Assembly: GCF_002087085.1 (NCBI RefSeq)
Contig: NZ_MWQY01000023.1
Location: 1 to 57,455, forward strand
Direction: 5' to 3'
Length of the DNA stretch: 57,455 bases
Positions 18,492-28,968 of the stretch are shown one piece after another. Numbering within the stretch: the first letter of the stretch is position 1; every line of letters begins with the position of its first letter. A model generated the notes under the pieces. The model ran no database searches and was not told the DNA's origin. It was given only the letters and a program-made list of their open reading frames with translations. The translations under genes and the position numbers were made by a program.

Positions 18492-19844
18492 ATGAAACAG
18501 GACTGGCTGGAAAAGTTTGCGGGCAAGGCACAGGCTAATACCAAGATACCCCTCGATTTTTATGAAAAGTTCAACGTAAAACGGGGACTTCGTAACGCTG
18601 ACGGAACTGGTGTTCTGGTCGGCTTGACGGAGATAGGCGATGTTCATGGTTATATCATGGACGAAGGCGATAAAATCCCGGTGGAAGGACGTCTCAGATA
18701 CCGCGGAATCGATGTTGTCGATCTTGTCCGGGGTTTCCAGAACGAAAAACGCTTTGGTTTTGAGGAAACGGCGTTTCTGCTGATTTTCGGTTCATTACCC
18801 AACAAAAGCGAACTCGAATCCTTCGGAAAGCTGATTAACGAATCGAGCTTCCTGCCGGTAAATTTTACCGAGGATAACATCCTTAAAGCACCGAGCCAGG
18901 ACATAATGAACAAGATGGCCAGAAGTGTGCTTGTAGCCTACAGCTACGACGCAGCGGCAGAGGACTACTCTGTTGCCAATACCTTACGTCAGTGTATTAC
19001 CCTTATCGCCCAGCTTCCGATTTTTGCTGCCTACGGCTACCAGGCCCGGCGGCACAATTTCTACAACGAGAGTCTGTATATCCATAATCCGAATCCGGAA
19101 CTATCCACAGCGGAAAACATGCTCCAGATGATCCGGCCGGACCAGACTTACAGTCAACTGGAAGCTGACTTGCTTGACCTGAGTCTTGTTCTTCACGCCG
19201 AACACGGTGGAGGTAACAACTCAGCATTTACCGTACATGTGGTCTCCTCCGCCGAAACAGACACCTATTCCACCATGGCTGCAGCAATCGGTTCCCTGAA
19301 AGGTGCAAAGCACGGCGGCGCCAATATCAAGGTCATGGGAATGATGGAGGACATCAAGGCGAATGTAAAGGATTGGAGCAGTGAGACTGAAGTCGGCAAT
19401 TATCTGAAAAAGATCCTCAACCGCGAGGCCTATGATAAATCCGGCCTGATTTACGGTATAGGCCATGCGGTCTACACCCTCTCGGATCCCAGGGCCGTGC
19501 TGCTTCGTGAGCGGGCTGAATTGCTTGCCCGGGAAAAAAACCACGAAGAGGAATTCAATCTGTACTCGATGATTGAAAAACTCGCGCCCAGGGTTTTTCA
19601 GGAGGTAAAAAACTCCGACAAGGTCGTTTCCCCCAACGTGGATTTTTTCTCAGGCTTTGTTTACAGCATGCTCAACATTCCCTTTGAGCTGTATACCCCT
19701 CTCTTTGCTATCTCCAGGATAGCCGGCTGGAGCGCTCACCGAATGGAGGAGCTGATCAGTGGCGGCAGAATAATTCGCCCCGCCTACAAGAGCATAGTGA
19801 GGCCAAGGAATTATATTCCCCTGGACGCGAGAGAGAACGACTGA
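18492..19844 (+). CDS. gltA: Citrate (or 2-methylcitrate) synthase
   Basis: GRLRYRG, LHAEHGGGNNS, HGGAN, GIGHAVY, PNVDFFSG; SD GGAGGAG. Confidence 0.92.
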   Translation: MKQDWLEKFAGKAQANTKIPLDFYEKFNVKRGLRNADGTGVLVGLTEIGDVHGYIMDEGDKIPVEGRLRYRGIDVVDLVRGFQNEKRFGFEETAFLLIFGSLPNKSELESFGKLINESSFLPVNFTEDNILKAPSQDIMNKMARSVLVAYSYDAAAEDYSVANTLRQCITLIAQLPIFAAYGYQARRHNFYNESLYIHNPNPELSTAENMLQMIRPDQTYSQLEADLLDLSLVLHAEHGGGNNSAFTVHVVSSAETDTYSTMAAAIGSLKGAKHGGANIKVMGMMEDIKANVKDWSSETEVGNYLKKILNREAYDKSGLIYGIGHAVYTLSDPRAVLLRERAELLAREKNHEEEFNLYSMIEKLAPRVFQEVKNSDKVVSPNVDFFSGFVYSMLNIPFELYTPLFAISRIAGWSAHRMEELISGGRIIRPAYKSIVRPRNYIPLDAREND

Positions 19845-19886
19845 TAGAACAAAAAAAACAGATTCAATTTTTGTTTAAAATACAAC

Positions 19887-19938
19887 GGGCTGTCCGAGAT
19901 TGAGGGTTCACCTCACATTCTCAGACAGCCCCTTTTTT
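19887..19938 (+). terminator. Long hairpin / terminator between convergent gltA and EF-G genes
   Basis: GGGCTGTC-CGAGA...TCTCA-GACAGCCC followed by T6. Confidence 0.65.
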
Positions 19939-19975
19939 GTAAAAAGGATTCCAATTGTTATCCGGCGGAAAGACC

Positions 19976-22057
19976 CTATTCCTCTGCAGCTTTGAGGCTC
20001 TGGGCTTCCTGGATTACCAGGTCAGCTACCCGTCCTGAAATCGGACTGTAATGGTCGAATTCCATTTCGAAGGAGCCGGTACCGGAAGTCATGGATTTCA
20101 GATCAATGGCGTAGCGCAGCATTTCAGCCTGGGGAACCTCCGCATCAACCTCGTTGATGCCTCCTCCCAGGGACTCCTGTCCCAGGACCCTTCCCCGGCG
20201 GGAAGACAGATCGGAAAGTATATCCCCCAGGTACTGTTCGTCCACGAACACCCGCAGTTTCATGACCGGCTCCAGCAGTACCACCCCGGCTTTTTCCAGG
20301 GAACTCTTGAGGGCGCCCTTGGCTGCAAGTTTGAAGGCCATTTCAGATGAATCTACGGGGTGTTCCTTGCCGTCGATAATGTGGGCTTCGATGTCCACAA
20401 GAGGATATCCTGCCAGGTAACCTTCTTCCATGCCTTCGAGAATACCCTTTTCTATACCGGGCATATATCCTTTGGAGATTGAACCACCCTTGATATCGTT
20501 ATAGAACTCCATGTACTTGCCCCGTTCGATGGGACCGATATCCATGACAACCCGGCCGTACTGCCCGTGACCGCCGGACTGCTTCTTGTGAGTGTATTCG
20601 GCGCCGGCCTTCCTGGTAATGGTTTCCCGATATGCGACTCTGGGAACCTTGGTCTCGATTTCGATTTTCTGCTTCTCTTTAATCTTATCGAGAATCATGT
20701 TGATATGGAGCTCGCCCATCCCTGAGATAACCGTCTCATGGGTTTCTTTATCGTAGGTAACCTGAAAGGTCAGGTCTTCTTCCGCCGCCCGGTGCAGAGA
20801 AGCGTTCAGTTTGTCTTCCTCTTTCTTGCTTGCCGCGCTTATGGCAAGCGAGAAGACCGGCTGCGGCAGGTGCAGTCTATCGAATTTACAGAAGGTGTCG
20901 GGCGTACAGAAGCTTGTATTGGTCTGAAAACCCTCGACCTTTGTAACGACACCCAGGTCTCCGGCTCTGAGCTCCTTGGTTTCTACAAGTTTCTTTCCGA
21001 CGGTTTTGTAGAGCTTGGAAATACGCTCTTTTTTTCCTGTGTCGCAGTTCAGGATTTCACTGTCCGCAACAAGAATTCCGCCGATTACCTTGATGAAGGA
21101 GAGCTTTCCGGAGAACTGATCGATGGAAGTCCGGAACACCATGCCGGCCAGGGGACCCTGATCGGAGATGTCAACCTTGATCTCATTCTTATCCTTGTCC
21201 TGAGCCAGTTCGGGGATGCCGGAAGGAGACGGGGTTATATTACTGATAAAATTCAGCAGTGAAACGACACCGTTATTATTCAGGGCAGAACCGCACAGGG
21301 TCGGGACGATCTTGTTCTCCCGCAGGCCTTCGATAAGACCCTTTCGAATTTCGTCGGGACTTAGGGTCCCTTCCTCGAAGTACTTTTCCATCAGCGAGTC
21401 TTCGCCTTCTGCCGCACTTTCGATGAGGGTAAGGCGATATTCTTCAACCATTTCGTTGTACTGTTCGGGGATGTCGACGGGCTGGTCTTTTTCCGCACCG
21501 TCGTGCATCATATACGCCTTGTTTTCAATCAGGTTGATAATGCCCTTGTATTCGCCGCCGTCCATCATGGGAATGGTGACCGGGACAAAGGTCATCTTGA
21601 ACTTTTCCTTCAAATCGTTAAAGACATGTTCAAAATCAGCTCTATCACGGTCCAGACGGTTTATAAAGCAAAAACGAGGTTTGTTGCGCTGGTCAAGGCG
21701 CCGCCAGAGTTTGATTGTCTCGATCTGGACTCCGTCACGGCCGTCTACCACCATCAAAGCGCTCTCGGCGCAGCGAAATGCGGCAACTACCTCTCCAATA
21801 AAATCTGAGGAACCGGGAGTATCGAGCAGATTGACCTGGTGATCGTTCCAGGTACAGCTGGAAAGGGTGGTGTGAATCGATATTCCCCGGGCAACCTCCT
21901 CTTCGGTGTAGTCGCTTACAGTTTTTCCCGATTCAACGGGTTCTGCCCGATCGATAACCCCCGAGTTGAACAGCAATTGTTCTAACAAGGTGGTTTTACC
22001 AGTGCTTCCGTGGCCGACCAGGGCGATGTTGCGGATATCAGCAGTGGAAAAACTCAT
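19976..22057 (-). CDS. fusA: Elongation factor G paralog (EF-G II type, divergent GTPase motifs)
   Basis: GHGSTGKTT, RGISI, DTPGSSDF, NRLD, SGMGELH, KKQSGGHGQYG, HPVDSSEMAF. Confidence 0.9.
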   Translation of the reverse strand: MSFSTADIRNIALVGHGSTGKTTLLEQLLFNSGVIDRAEPVESGKTVSDYTEEEVARGISIHTTLSSCTWNDHQVNLLDTPGSSDFIGEVVAAFRCAESALMVVDGRDGVQIETIKLWRRLDQRNKPRFCFINRLDRDRADFEHVFNDLKEKFKMTFVPVTIPMMDGGEYKGIINLIENKAYMMHDGAEKDQPVDIPEQYNEMVEEYRLTLIESAAEGEDSLMEKYFEEGTLSPDEIRKGLIEGLRENKIVPTLCGSALNNNGVVSLLNFISNITPSPSGIPELAQDKDKNEIKVDISDQGPLAGMVFRTSIDQFSGKLSFIKVIGGILVADSEILNCDTGKKERISKLYKTVGKKLVETKELRAGDLGVVTKVEGFQTNTSFCTPDTFCKFDRLHLPQPVFSLAISAASKKEEDKLNASLHRAAEEDLTFQVTYDKETHETVISGMGELHINMILDKIKEKQKIEIETKVPRVAYRETITRKAGAEYTHKKQSGGHGQYGRVVMDIGPIERGKYMEFYNDIKGGSISKGYMPGIEKGILEGMEEGYLAGYPLVDIEAHIIDGKEHPVDSSEMAFKLAAKGALKSSLEKAGVVLLEPVMKLRVFVDEQYLGDILSDLSSRRGRVLGQESLGGGINEVDAEVPQAEMLRYAIDLKSMTSGTGSFEMEFDHYSPISGRVADLVIQEAQSLKAAEE

Positions 22058-22098
22058 TCTGTCTCCTCGCAATGTTGAGATATAAATATGCGAGTAAT

Positions 22099-22127
22099 AG
22101 AATAGCCCCAGCCATGGGAGATGTCAA
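22099..22127 (-). promoter_or_regulatory. Sigma70 promoter for the downstream EF-G paralog
   Basis: TTGACA-N17-TATTCT on the minus strand. Confidence 0.65.
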
Positions 22128-22163
22128 CAAAAAGCTGGGGCCCGGAAGTGCCGGGGACTTCTT

Positions 22164-24197
22164 TTAACCGAGTCCGCCGCTTTTCTGCTGAAAATGAGAG
22201 AACTCCATGGCAAAGGTTCCGCGTCCCTGGGTAATGCTCCTGAGGGCTGTGGAGTAACCGAACATGTTAGCCAGGGGAACCTGTGCCCGCACATGCTCAA
22301 TGGCGCTCCGGGATTCCAGACTGTTGATGATCCCCCCACGGGTGGTGAGGTGGTTGATGACTTCTCCGACAAAATCCTTGGGGCACATAACGTCCACCGT
22401 CATGACCGGTTCAAGGAGTACCGGAGATGCGGCACGGCAGGCGTTATCGAAACCCATTGCACCGGCGGCTTCGTATGCCAGGGCGGAGGCCCGCATTTCG
22501 TCATATTTGACTCCCACTAAACTGGCCTTCACATCGTAGCAGGGGTAACCGTACATGATTCCCGATGTGAAGGAGTTGACCACGCCCCGTTCCACAGCTT
22601 CAAGAAGTTCCTTCGGAAGATCAGATTTGCCGATTTCCGAATGAAAGGAGTTCCCTGAGCCGCGTTCGGCGGGTTCGACCTTCAGGGTGATGGAGGCAAA
22701 GTTTTCCTTGCCCGCCAGAATCTTCTGGTAGACCTCTGTATGCTCCCTGACCGCCGATACGGATTCCCGGTAGGTCACCTGGGGGTTTCCGATACGGGCG
22801 TCGACGTTGAAGTCCTCGGTTATGCGGGTTACCAGTACATCCAGGTGAAGTTCCCCCATACCTGAAATTATAAGCTGACCGGTTTCGTTATCCTCTTTCA
22901 CCAGAAAGGTCGGATCCTCTTTCTGCAGAAGTTCCAGGATTTCCCTCAGTTTTTTTGCTTCGGAAATACTCTTGGGCTCAATGGCCACATCTATGACCGG
23001 CATGGGGAACTGCATCTGTTCCAGAAGAACCTGATGCCCTTCAGAACCCAGAGTGTCTCCGGTCTGAGAGAACTTGCAGCCGATGACAACGGCGATATCT
23101 CCCGCGGAAACCTCATCCAGAGCTTCGCTGCGGTTGGAGTGCATTCGCAGCAGACGGTTGACCCGTTCCTTCTTCTTTTTGTTGATATTATACACCGCAG
23201 AGCCCTTCTTGATGCTTCCGGAGTACATGCGGATGAAGGTAAGGCTCCCGGCTTCGCGGTCTGTCTGAATCTTGAATACCAGTCCCAGAGGCGGACCCTT
23301 GGGGTCGCAGGGGATCTGAACCTGTTCTTCGTTCTTTACTGCAATCCCCGTGGGAGGTACCACCTCGTAAGGTGCAGGCAGAAGATTGAGAACGGCATCC
23401 AGAAGGGGCTGGACCCCGATATTCTTGTAGGAGGCCCCGCAGAAAACAGGCACCAGGGCCTGGCTTATTGTTGCCTTTCGCAGGGTGGAGAGAATCAGTT
23501 CGTCGGGTACCTGAGCTCCTTCAAGGTACAGATCCGTTATCTCCTCGCTGTGGGCGGACAGAACGTCAATCAGCTGCTCCCGGTAACTTTCCGCCTGTTC
23601 CCGGAGTTCTTCCCGGATGGGGCTGAACTCCATCTCCCGGCCCTGGGTCTCCTGGTCCCAGTGAATCTCCCGCATCTCGATCAGGTCTATGACCCCGCTG
23701 AAGGCGGATTCGGCGCCGATTGGAAGCTGCAGGGGCAGGGGATCAGCCTTCAGCTTCTTTTTCATCTCCTCGATAACCGAATAGAAATCCGCGCCGATGC
23801 GGTCCATCTTGTTGACGTAGGCTATGCGGGGAACATGATAATGGTCCGCCTGGTGCCAGACGGTTTCGGACTGGGGTTCCACCCCGCCGACGGCGCAGAA
23901 TATACCCACCGCTCCATCCAGAACCCGCAGGGAACGTTCCACCTCGGCGGTAAAGTCGACATGGCCGGGGGTGTCGATAATATTGATCTGGGTCTCTTTC
24001 CAGAAACAGCTTGTGGCAGCGGACGTAATGGTAATCCCGCGGTTCTGCTCCTGGGTCATCCAGTCCATGGTGGCTTCGCCGTCGTCGACCTCGCCGATGC
24101 GGTGACTCTTTCCTGTATAGTACAGGATTCGCTCCGTGGTAGTCGTTTTTCCCGCATCAATATGGGCGATTATTCCTATGTTGCGCATGTTCTGCAT
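22164..24197 (-). CDS. fusA: Elongation factor G paralog (probably spirochete EF-G2, recycling type)
   Basis: [34 protein letters not shown]; domain IV loops divergent. Confidence 0.92.
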   Translation of the reverse strand: MQNMRNIGIIAHIDAGKTTTTERILYYTGKSHRIGEVDDGEATMDWMTQEQNRGITITSAATSCFWKETQINIIDTPGHVDFTAEVERSLRVLDGAVGIFCAVGGVEPQSETVWHQADHYHVPRIAYVNKMDRIGADFYSVIEEMKKKLKADPLPLQLPIGAESAFSGVIDLIEMREIHWDQETQGREMEFSPIREELREQAESYREQLIDVLSAHSEEITDLYLEGAQVPDELILSTLRKATISQALVPVFCGASYKNIGVQPLLDAVLNLLPAPYEVVPPTGIAVKNEEQVQIPCDPKGPPLGLVFKIQTDREAGSLTFIRMYSGSIKKGSAVYNINKKKKERVNRLLRMHSNRSEALDEVSAGDIAVVIGCKFSQTGDTLGSEGHQVLLEQMQFPMPVIDVAIEPKSISEAKKLREILELLQKEDPTFLVKEDNETGQLIISGMGELHLDVLVTRITEDFNVDARIGNPQVTYRESVSAVREHTEVYQKILAGKENFASITLKVEPAERGSGNSFHSEIGKSDLPKELLEAVERGVVNSFTSGIMYGYPCYDVKASLVGVKYDEMRASALAYEAAGAMGFDNACRAASPVLLEPVMTVDVMCPKDFVGEVINHLTTRGGIINSLESRSAIEHVRAQVPLANMFGYSTALRSITQGRGTFAMEFSHFQQKSGGLG

Positions 24198-24288
24198 AGT
24201 ATGTATGTTTCTCCCGGTCTGCAAATTACTTCGAATAAAGAGATACTAACATAATGGTCTTATGTCGGAAAAGAGTCCGTCCCAGGAT

Positions 24289-24313
24289 AAAAAAAACACC
24301 CCGCAGGGTGTTT
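24289..24313 (-). terminator. Terminator after tRNA-Val
   Basis: AAACACCC-N4-GGGTGTTT plus a U-tract on the minus strand. Confidence 0.7.
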
Positions 24314-24321
24314 AAAAATTA

Positions 24322-24394
<73 letters not shown>

Positions 24395-24479
24395 GAAAGA
24401 CAAAAGGAAACTACCATGGAGGGCCGGAAAGTGTCAATAAGATTTTGCCGGCAAATGTGAATATTTTACCATCGCCGGA

Positions 24480-25277
24480 CTATGATCCGGATCCGAACTC
24501 TCGTTCCAGCTGATCAGAAAACCAGCCCTGCATGGCCTTTATCCGGTTGTAAAAGGAATCCTTCTTGGACTTCTCGATGCCGAAGAGGGAGGCGGAGTCC
24601 ACGCTTGATGCCCCGTAGAAGACAAGATTGTCCTCTTCAGGGATTATCAGCAGGTCCATACGGAAATTCTCAGGCCTCACTAGGGGCAGTATAAAATACC
24701 ACATGGTGGAGAGATTTCTGATCTGCATGAGAAAGCGGCCTTCCCGGTACAGGCAGCGGTTACGCACATAATTCCTGCCGAAGGTCAGGTCCTCCTGAAA
24801 GAGTATGTCCTCCTGCAGTTCAGGGATGGAATTGAACTGCCGATCGGGAAGGGCCTTCTTCGATCCCTCTTCCTCTACCCGGAAGACTTCGGTAAAGAGG
24901 GTCCTCATGCGTTCCCGGCTGGCGGAGTAGTATTCGATGCCGCTTAAGGATGATACACGGTTCAGTATATTGAAAATAGCGAGATCCCGCTCCTCTTTTT
25001 CCATTTCTGCAAGTGCAGGAGGAAGCTCCATTCTGAACAGGGCTTCAACCCCTATGGTGGAGTCCTGTCCCGAGAGGTCGTCAACAATCTCTTCACTCAA
25101 GGGGCCGAAGGGGAGGTACTGCAGATCCAGATCACCGTAGAAGTAACGTACCAGTTCACCTTCCTGCTGAAGATCTTCGGCCAGGTTCATGGGAAGTCCG
25201 GAGTCCGAAAAAAGTCCGTAGGTTCCGATTCCGAACAGCACAAGAACTGCTGAAATCAGGGATAAGATTCTTTTCAT
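24480..25277 (-). CDS. Exported spirochete hypothetical protein (DUF6675-like, tentative)
   Basis: Signal peptide; motifs SSLSGIEYYSASR, QEDLTFG, SFYNRIKA..WF; SD AGGAG. Confidence 0.7.
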   Translation of the reverse strand: MKRILSLISAVLVLFGIGTYGLFSDSGLPMNLAEDLQQEGELVRYFYGDLDLQYLPFGPLSEEIVDDLSGQDSTIGVEALFRMELPPALAEMEKEERDLAIFNILNRVSSLSGIEYYSASRERMRTLFTEVFRVEEEGSKKALPDRQFNSIPELQEDILFQEDLTFGRNYVRNRCLYREGRFLMQIRNLSTMWYFILPLVRPENFRMDLLIIPEEDNLVFYGASSVDSASLFGIEKSKKDSFYNRIKAMQGWFSDQLEREFGSGS

Positions 25278-25302
25278 GCGGGCGTCTCCTTGTTTTCGGT
25301 CG

Positions 25303-25941
25303 TCATGGGGCTCCGGTCTTTCGGCCCCGGTCTGCATCGTTCAGGGTCGGCACAGCCGGACCTTCTTCTTTTGCCCTTTCAACCAGGGAGAGAAAATAGC
25401 GGTGGAGCTCGAGGTTTTCCGTAAGTTCAGGGTGGAAGGAAGCCGCCAGGTACTTTTCCTGCTGAACGAGCACCGGGCAGTCTTCAAAACTGGCGAGAAC
25501 CTTTACCTCCGGGCCGACCTTTGCGATCCTGGGGGCGCGGATAAACACCCCGTGCAGGGGTCCCTGAAGCGGCAGGCTGTGTTCAAACTCGGCTTCAAAG
25601 CTGTCGATCTGTCGGCCGTAGGCGTTGCGTTCCACCGAAATGTCCAGAAGATTCAGTTTGAACTGCTCGCGGCCGACGATCTCCTTCGCCATGAGGATCA
25701 TTCCGGCACAGGTCCCGAAAACCGGCAGCCCCTGGTCAAGGCGCTCCTTAAGGGAGGCGTCAAGGCCAAAGTCCACCAGCAGTTTGCCGATGGTGGTACT
25801 TTCCCCGCCGGGAATAATCAGTCCGTCAATGGAGAGTACGTCGTCCCGGGTACGCACATATACCGGATCAAGCCCCAGGCGTTTCAGGTGTTCGCCGTGC
25901 TTATGAAAATCCCCCTGGAGGGCAAGTACACCTATTCTCAT
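25303..25941 (-). CDS. pdxT: PLP synthase glutaminase subunit
   Basis: GVLALQGDF, PGGESTT, GTCAG, RNAYGRQ, FIRAP, FHPE. Confidence 0.97.
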   Translation of the reverse strand: MRIGVLALQGDFHKHGEHLKRLGLDPVYVRTRDDVLSIDGLIIPGGESTTIGKLLVDFGLDASLKERLDQGLPVFGTCAGMILMAKEIVGREQFKLNLLDISVERNAYGRQIDSFEAEFEHSLPLQGPLHGVFIRAPRIAKVGPEVKVLASFEDCPVLVQQEKYLAASFHPELTENLELHRYFLSLVERAKEEGPAVPTLNDADRGRKTGAP

Positions 25942-25968
25942 CAGGCTCTCGTGATTCCCGGAGCCTGC

Positions 25969-26874
25969 TTACCAGCCTCTGCCGGCGATCCGCTTTTCCG
26001 GATCAAGTTCTTCCATACCGATACCGACCATGGGTTCCCCCAGATCGTAGGAGATCTCAGCCAGCTTTTTGGGGTCCTGGTAATAGGTTACCGCTTCCAC
26101 GATCGCTTTGGCCCTCTTGGCGGGGTTTCCGGATTTGAATATCCCGGAGCCCACAAAAACTGCTTCCGCACCGAGCTGCATCATCAATGCCGCATCTGCG
26201 GGGGTGGCTACACCGCCTGCGGAGAAGTTTGGTACCGGGAGTTTACCGCTCTCCGCGATTTCAACGATAAGATCATAGGGAGCACCCAAGTTCTTCGCCT
26301 CGGTCATGAGTTCTTCCCGGGGCAGTATTGTCAGGCGCCGTATGCCGTCCATGACGGTCCTCATGTGGCGTACGGCTTCCACTACATCTCCTGTTCCGGC
26401 TTCGCCCTTGGTCCGGATCATGGCGGCGCCTTCGCCGATGCGGCGCAGGGCCTCTCCCAGGTCACGGCAGCCGCATACGAAGGGCACCTTGAAGCTGTGC
26501 TTTTCCACGTGATAGGCATCGTCCGCGGGGGTCAGAACCTCGCTTTCGTCGATAAAATCTACCCCCAGGGCTTCGAGGATCCGGGCTTCCACAAAGTGAC
26601 CGATACGGCACTTTGCCATAACGGGGATGGATACCGCTTCCTGAATCCCCTGAATCATCTTGGGGTCAGACATACGGGCGACACCGCCGGTGGTACGGAT
26701 ATCCGCGGGCACCCTTTCAAGGGCCATTACCGCCGCAGCGCCGGCGTCCTCCGCTATTTTTGCATGGTCGGGGGTAACGACGTCCATTATGACGCCGCCT
26801 TTGAGCATCTCCGCCAGGCCTACCTTGTTCCGCCATGTTGCCTGCTGTCTGCTCGACCAGTTTTGTTCAGCCAT
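25969..26874 (-). CDS. pdxS: PLP synthase lyase subunit
   Basis: [40 protein letters not shown] terminus. Confidence 0.98.
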   Translation of the reverse strand: MAEQNWSSRQQATWRNKVGLAEMLKGGVIMDVVTPDHAKIAEDAGAAAVMALERVPADIRTTGGVARMSDPKMIQGIQEAVSIPVMAKCRIGHFVEARILEALGVDFIDESEVLTPADDAYHVEKHSFKVPFVCGCRDLGEALRRIGEGAAMIRTKGEAGTGDVVEAVRHMRTVMDGIRRLTILPREELMTEAKNLGAPYDLIVEIAESGKLPVPNFSAGGVATPADAALMMQLGAEAVFVGSGIFKSGNPAKRAKAIVEAVTYYQDPKKLAEISYDLGEPMVGIGMEELDPEKRIAGRGW

Positions 26875-27017
26875 TTATTCGTCCTCTGTTCTATGGGAAT
26901 CAGCAATTGCTGTACTATAATAATTCTAGGTCAAAATAGGTCAGAAGGAATGAAAAGTCAAGAAGCTCAGGTCGTGCTCCTCTTTTCTCTGCCTGCAGAT
27001 ACTGCTACAATTGCAGG

Positions 27018-27698
27018 GTGATTCAGAAGAACCTGGAAAGAATAGAAGAACGGCTTGAAGCAGCCTGTATTCGGGCCGGCCGCAGGCGGGAAGATCTGCG
27101 CCTGATGGCGGTTTCCAAGACCCAGCCGGTGGAGAAGATTCAGGAAGCCTACGATGCCGGATTGCGGCTCTTCGGCGAGAACCGGGTTTTCGAAGCAGCT
27201 GAAAAGTTCGGCGGCCGGTTCCCGGAGGCTGAACTTCATCTTATAGGTCACATTCAGCGCAATAAGGCACAGAAAGCCGTGGAAATCGCTGAGTGCATCC
27301 AGTCCGTCGATGCCCTTCGCACAGTGAATGCCCTGGACAGGTATGCGGCGGAGATTGACAGAAAAGTCGCCGTGCTCATAGAGGTCAATACCGGAGGTGA
27401 AGTCGCCAAGCAGGGAGTACGGGGCGAGGGAGAGCTCCGTTCCCTGATCGATACAATTCTCGAGAGCCGGTACCTGGAACTCCGTGGACTGATGACCATG
27501 GCACCCTTTACAGATGAGGTCGCTGTTCTGAGGCGCTGCTTTCATTCTCTGCATACCCTCCGGCAGAAATTTTCGGAAAGCTACGGGAACAGCCATTTTG
27601 AGGTACTCTCCATGGGCATGACCAACGATTTCGAGATCGCCGTGGAAGAGGGGTCCAGCCTGGTCCGGATCGGCACCGCCCTGTTCGGGACACGCTAA
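27018..27698 (+). CDS. yggS: YggS family PLP homeostasis protein
   Basis: AVSK, FGENR, HLIGHIQRNK, GLMTM, LSMGMTND, VRIGTALFG. Confidence 0.96.
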   Translation: MIQKNLERIEERLEAACIRAGRRREDLRLMAVSKTQPVEKIQEAYDAGLRLFGENRVFEAAEKFGGRFPEAELHLIGHIQRNKAQKAVEIAECIQSVDALRTVNALDRYAAEIDRKVAVLIEVNTGGEVAKQGVRGEGELRSLIDTILESRYLELRGLMTMAPFTDEVAVLRRCFHSLHTLRQKFSESYGNSHFEVLSMGMTNDFEIAVEEGSSLVRIGTALFGTR

Positions 27699-27714
27699 GC
27701 GTGCGGAGGGAGCT

Positions 27715-28053
27715 ATGTTGAAGCGGACTTCCTGTTTGACGCTGGCCCTGCTTGTTTTTCTGGGTACAGTTACCCCGGAGAGGCTCCTCGCCGAAGAAAC
27801 AGAACCCGTCCCTTACGAAATAGGCGAGTTTCCCCGCCCCGTAAGGGAGCTGAGACGGGGGGAGATCATCTTTTTCGGTTCAGTTCCCATTACCTTTCTG
27901 CTCTCCGGACTGAGCTGGGAGCTGGGGCAGGCTGCCGCGGGAGATTCATATCCCTTCTCGGATGAGCAGCATACCTACAACATTCTGATAAGCGCCGGGG
28001 CTCTCTCCCTGGGGATAGCTCTGCTGGATTTTATCCTCGGTCGCCTGGAATAA
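27715..28053 (+). CDS. Small membrane hypothetical protein
   Basis: SD GGAGG, signal peptide plus two hydrophobic segments, LRR.EIIFFGS.P motif. Confidence 0.7.
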   Translation: MLKRTSCLTLALLVFLGTVTPERLLAEETEPVPYEIGEFPRPVRELRRGEIIFFGSVPITFLLSGLSWELGQAAAGDSYPFSDEQHTYNILISAGALSLGIALLDFILGRLE

Positions 28054-28059
28054 CAGCCC

Positions 28060-28968
28060 ATGATTCACTACGATTTCTGTGTCCTCCGGGACTACCGACG
28101 CCCCCTGCGGATCGACCAGTTTATAAGCGATGAGCTGGGGCTCATAAGCCGCAATCAGCTGAAACAGCGGGTCCGTGAGCTGAATATCAACGAAAAGCCT
28201 GTCAAACTGTCCCGCAGGATCGCTCCGGGAGACAGGATCAGGCTTGATCTTGAGGCCCCGCCGAAAATCGACCTGGTGCCGGAGGAGATTCCCCTGGAGA
28301 TCCTCTACGAGGATGACCGGGTCATCGTGATAAACAAACCCCAGGGCCTGGTTGTACATCCTGCGCCGGGGAACTATACGGGGACTCTTGTTCACGGTCT
28401 TCTGTACTACCGGGAAATCGATGCCCCGGAAGAGGACTTTCGCCCGGGTATCGTTCATCGACTGGACAAGGATACCAGCGGCGTACTGATAACCGCGAAG
28501 GACCAGGCTGCCCATGAGTTTCTTTCCCGTCAGTTCCAGGAAAAGACCACCCGCAAGGTCTATTTTGCCCTCTGCAGGGGAAGAATCGAGGAGGACCAGG
28601 GCCAGGTGGAAAACCGTCTCGGCCGGTGGGAGAAAAACCGTCAGCTGTTTACCGCTGTCAGCCGGGGCGGCAAAGCGGCGTTTACCAGATACAGGATACT
28701 GAGGCGCTGGAAGCAGGCGAGTTTTGTGGCCCTCTATCCTGCAACGGGGCGGACCCATCAGCTGAGGGTACATATGCGGGGTATCGGTCATCCCATACTG
28801 GGAGACCCCCTCTACGGTTCCGGGGAACGGGACGGCTGCAGCCTGATGCTCCACGCCTTTTCTCTGGAGATAGTGTTACCCGGCTCCCAGGAACTCTCCC
28901 GTTTCAGGGCACCTCTGTCTCCGCGTTTCGGAGAGCTTATCCGGGATCTTTCTGCAGAAAAGGATTGA
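28060..28968 (+). CDS. RluA/RluD family pseudouridine synthase
   Basis: S4-like N-terminus, NKPQGLVVHP, HRLDKDTSG, TGRTHQLRVH, GDPLYG. Confidence 0.95.
   Translation: MIHYDFCVLRDYRRPLRIDQFISDELGLISRNQLKQRVRELNINEKPVKLSRRIAPGDRIRLDLEAPPKIDLVPEEIPLEILYEDDRVIVINKPQGLVVHPAPGNYTGTLVHGLLYYREIDAPEEDFRPGIVHRLDKDTSGVLITAKDQAAHEFLSRQFQEKTTRKVYFALCRGRIEEDQGQVENRLGRWEKNRQLFTAVSRGGKAAFTRYRILRRWKQASFVALYPATGRTHQLRVHMRGIGHPILGDPLYGSGERDGCSLMLHAFSLEIVLPGSQELSRFRAPLSPRFGELIRDLSAEKD

Noticed and set aside
23034..24254. 406-aa antisense ORF within EF-G
   Set aside because: Shadow ORF with no motifs.
25276..27021. 581-aa ORF antisense to pdxT and pdxS
   Set aside because: Long, but it mirrors the codon frames of two conserved genes and has no domain signature.
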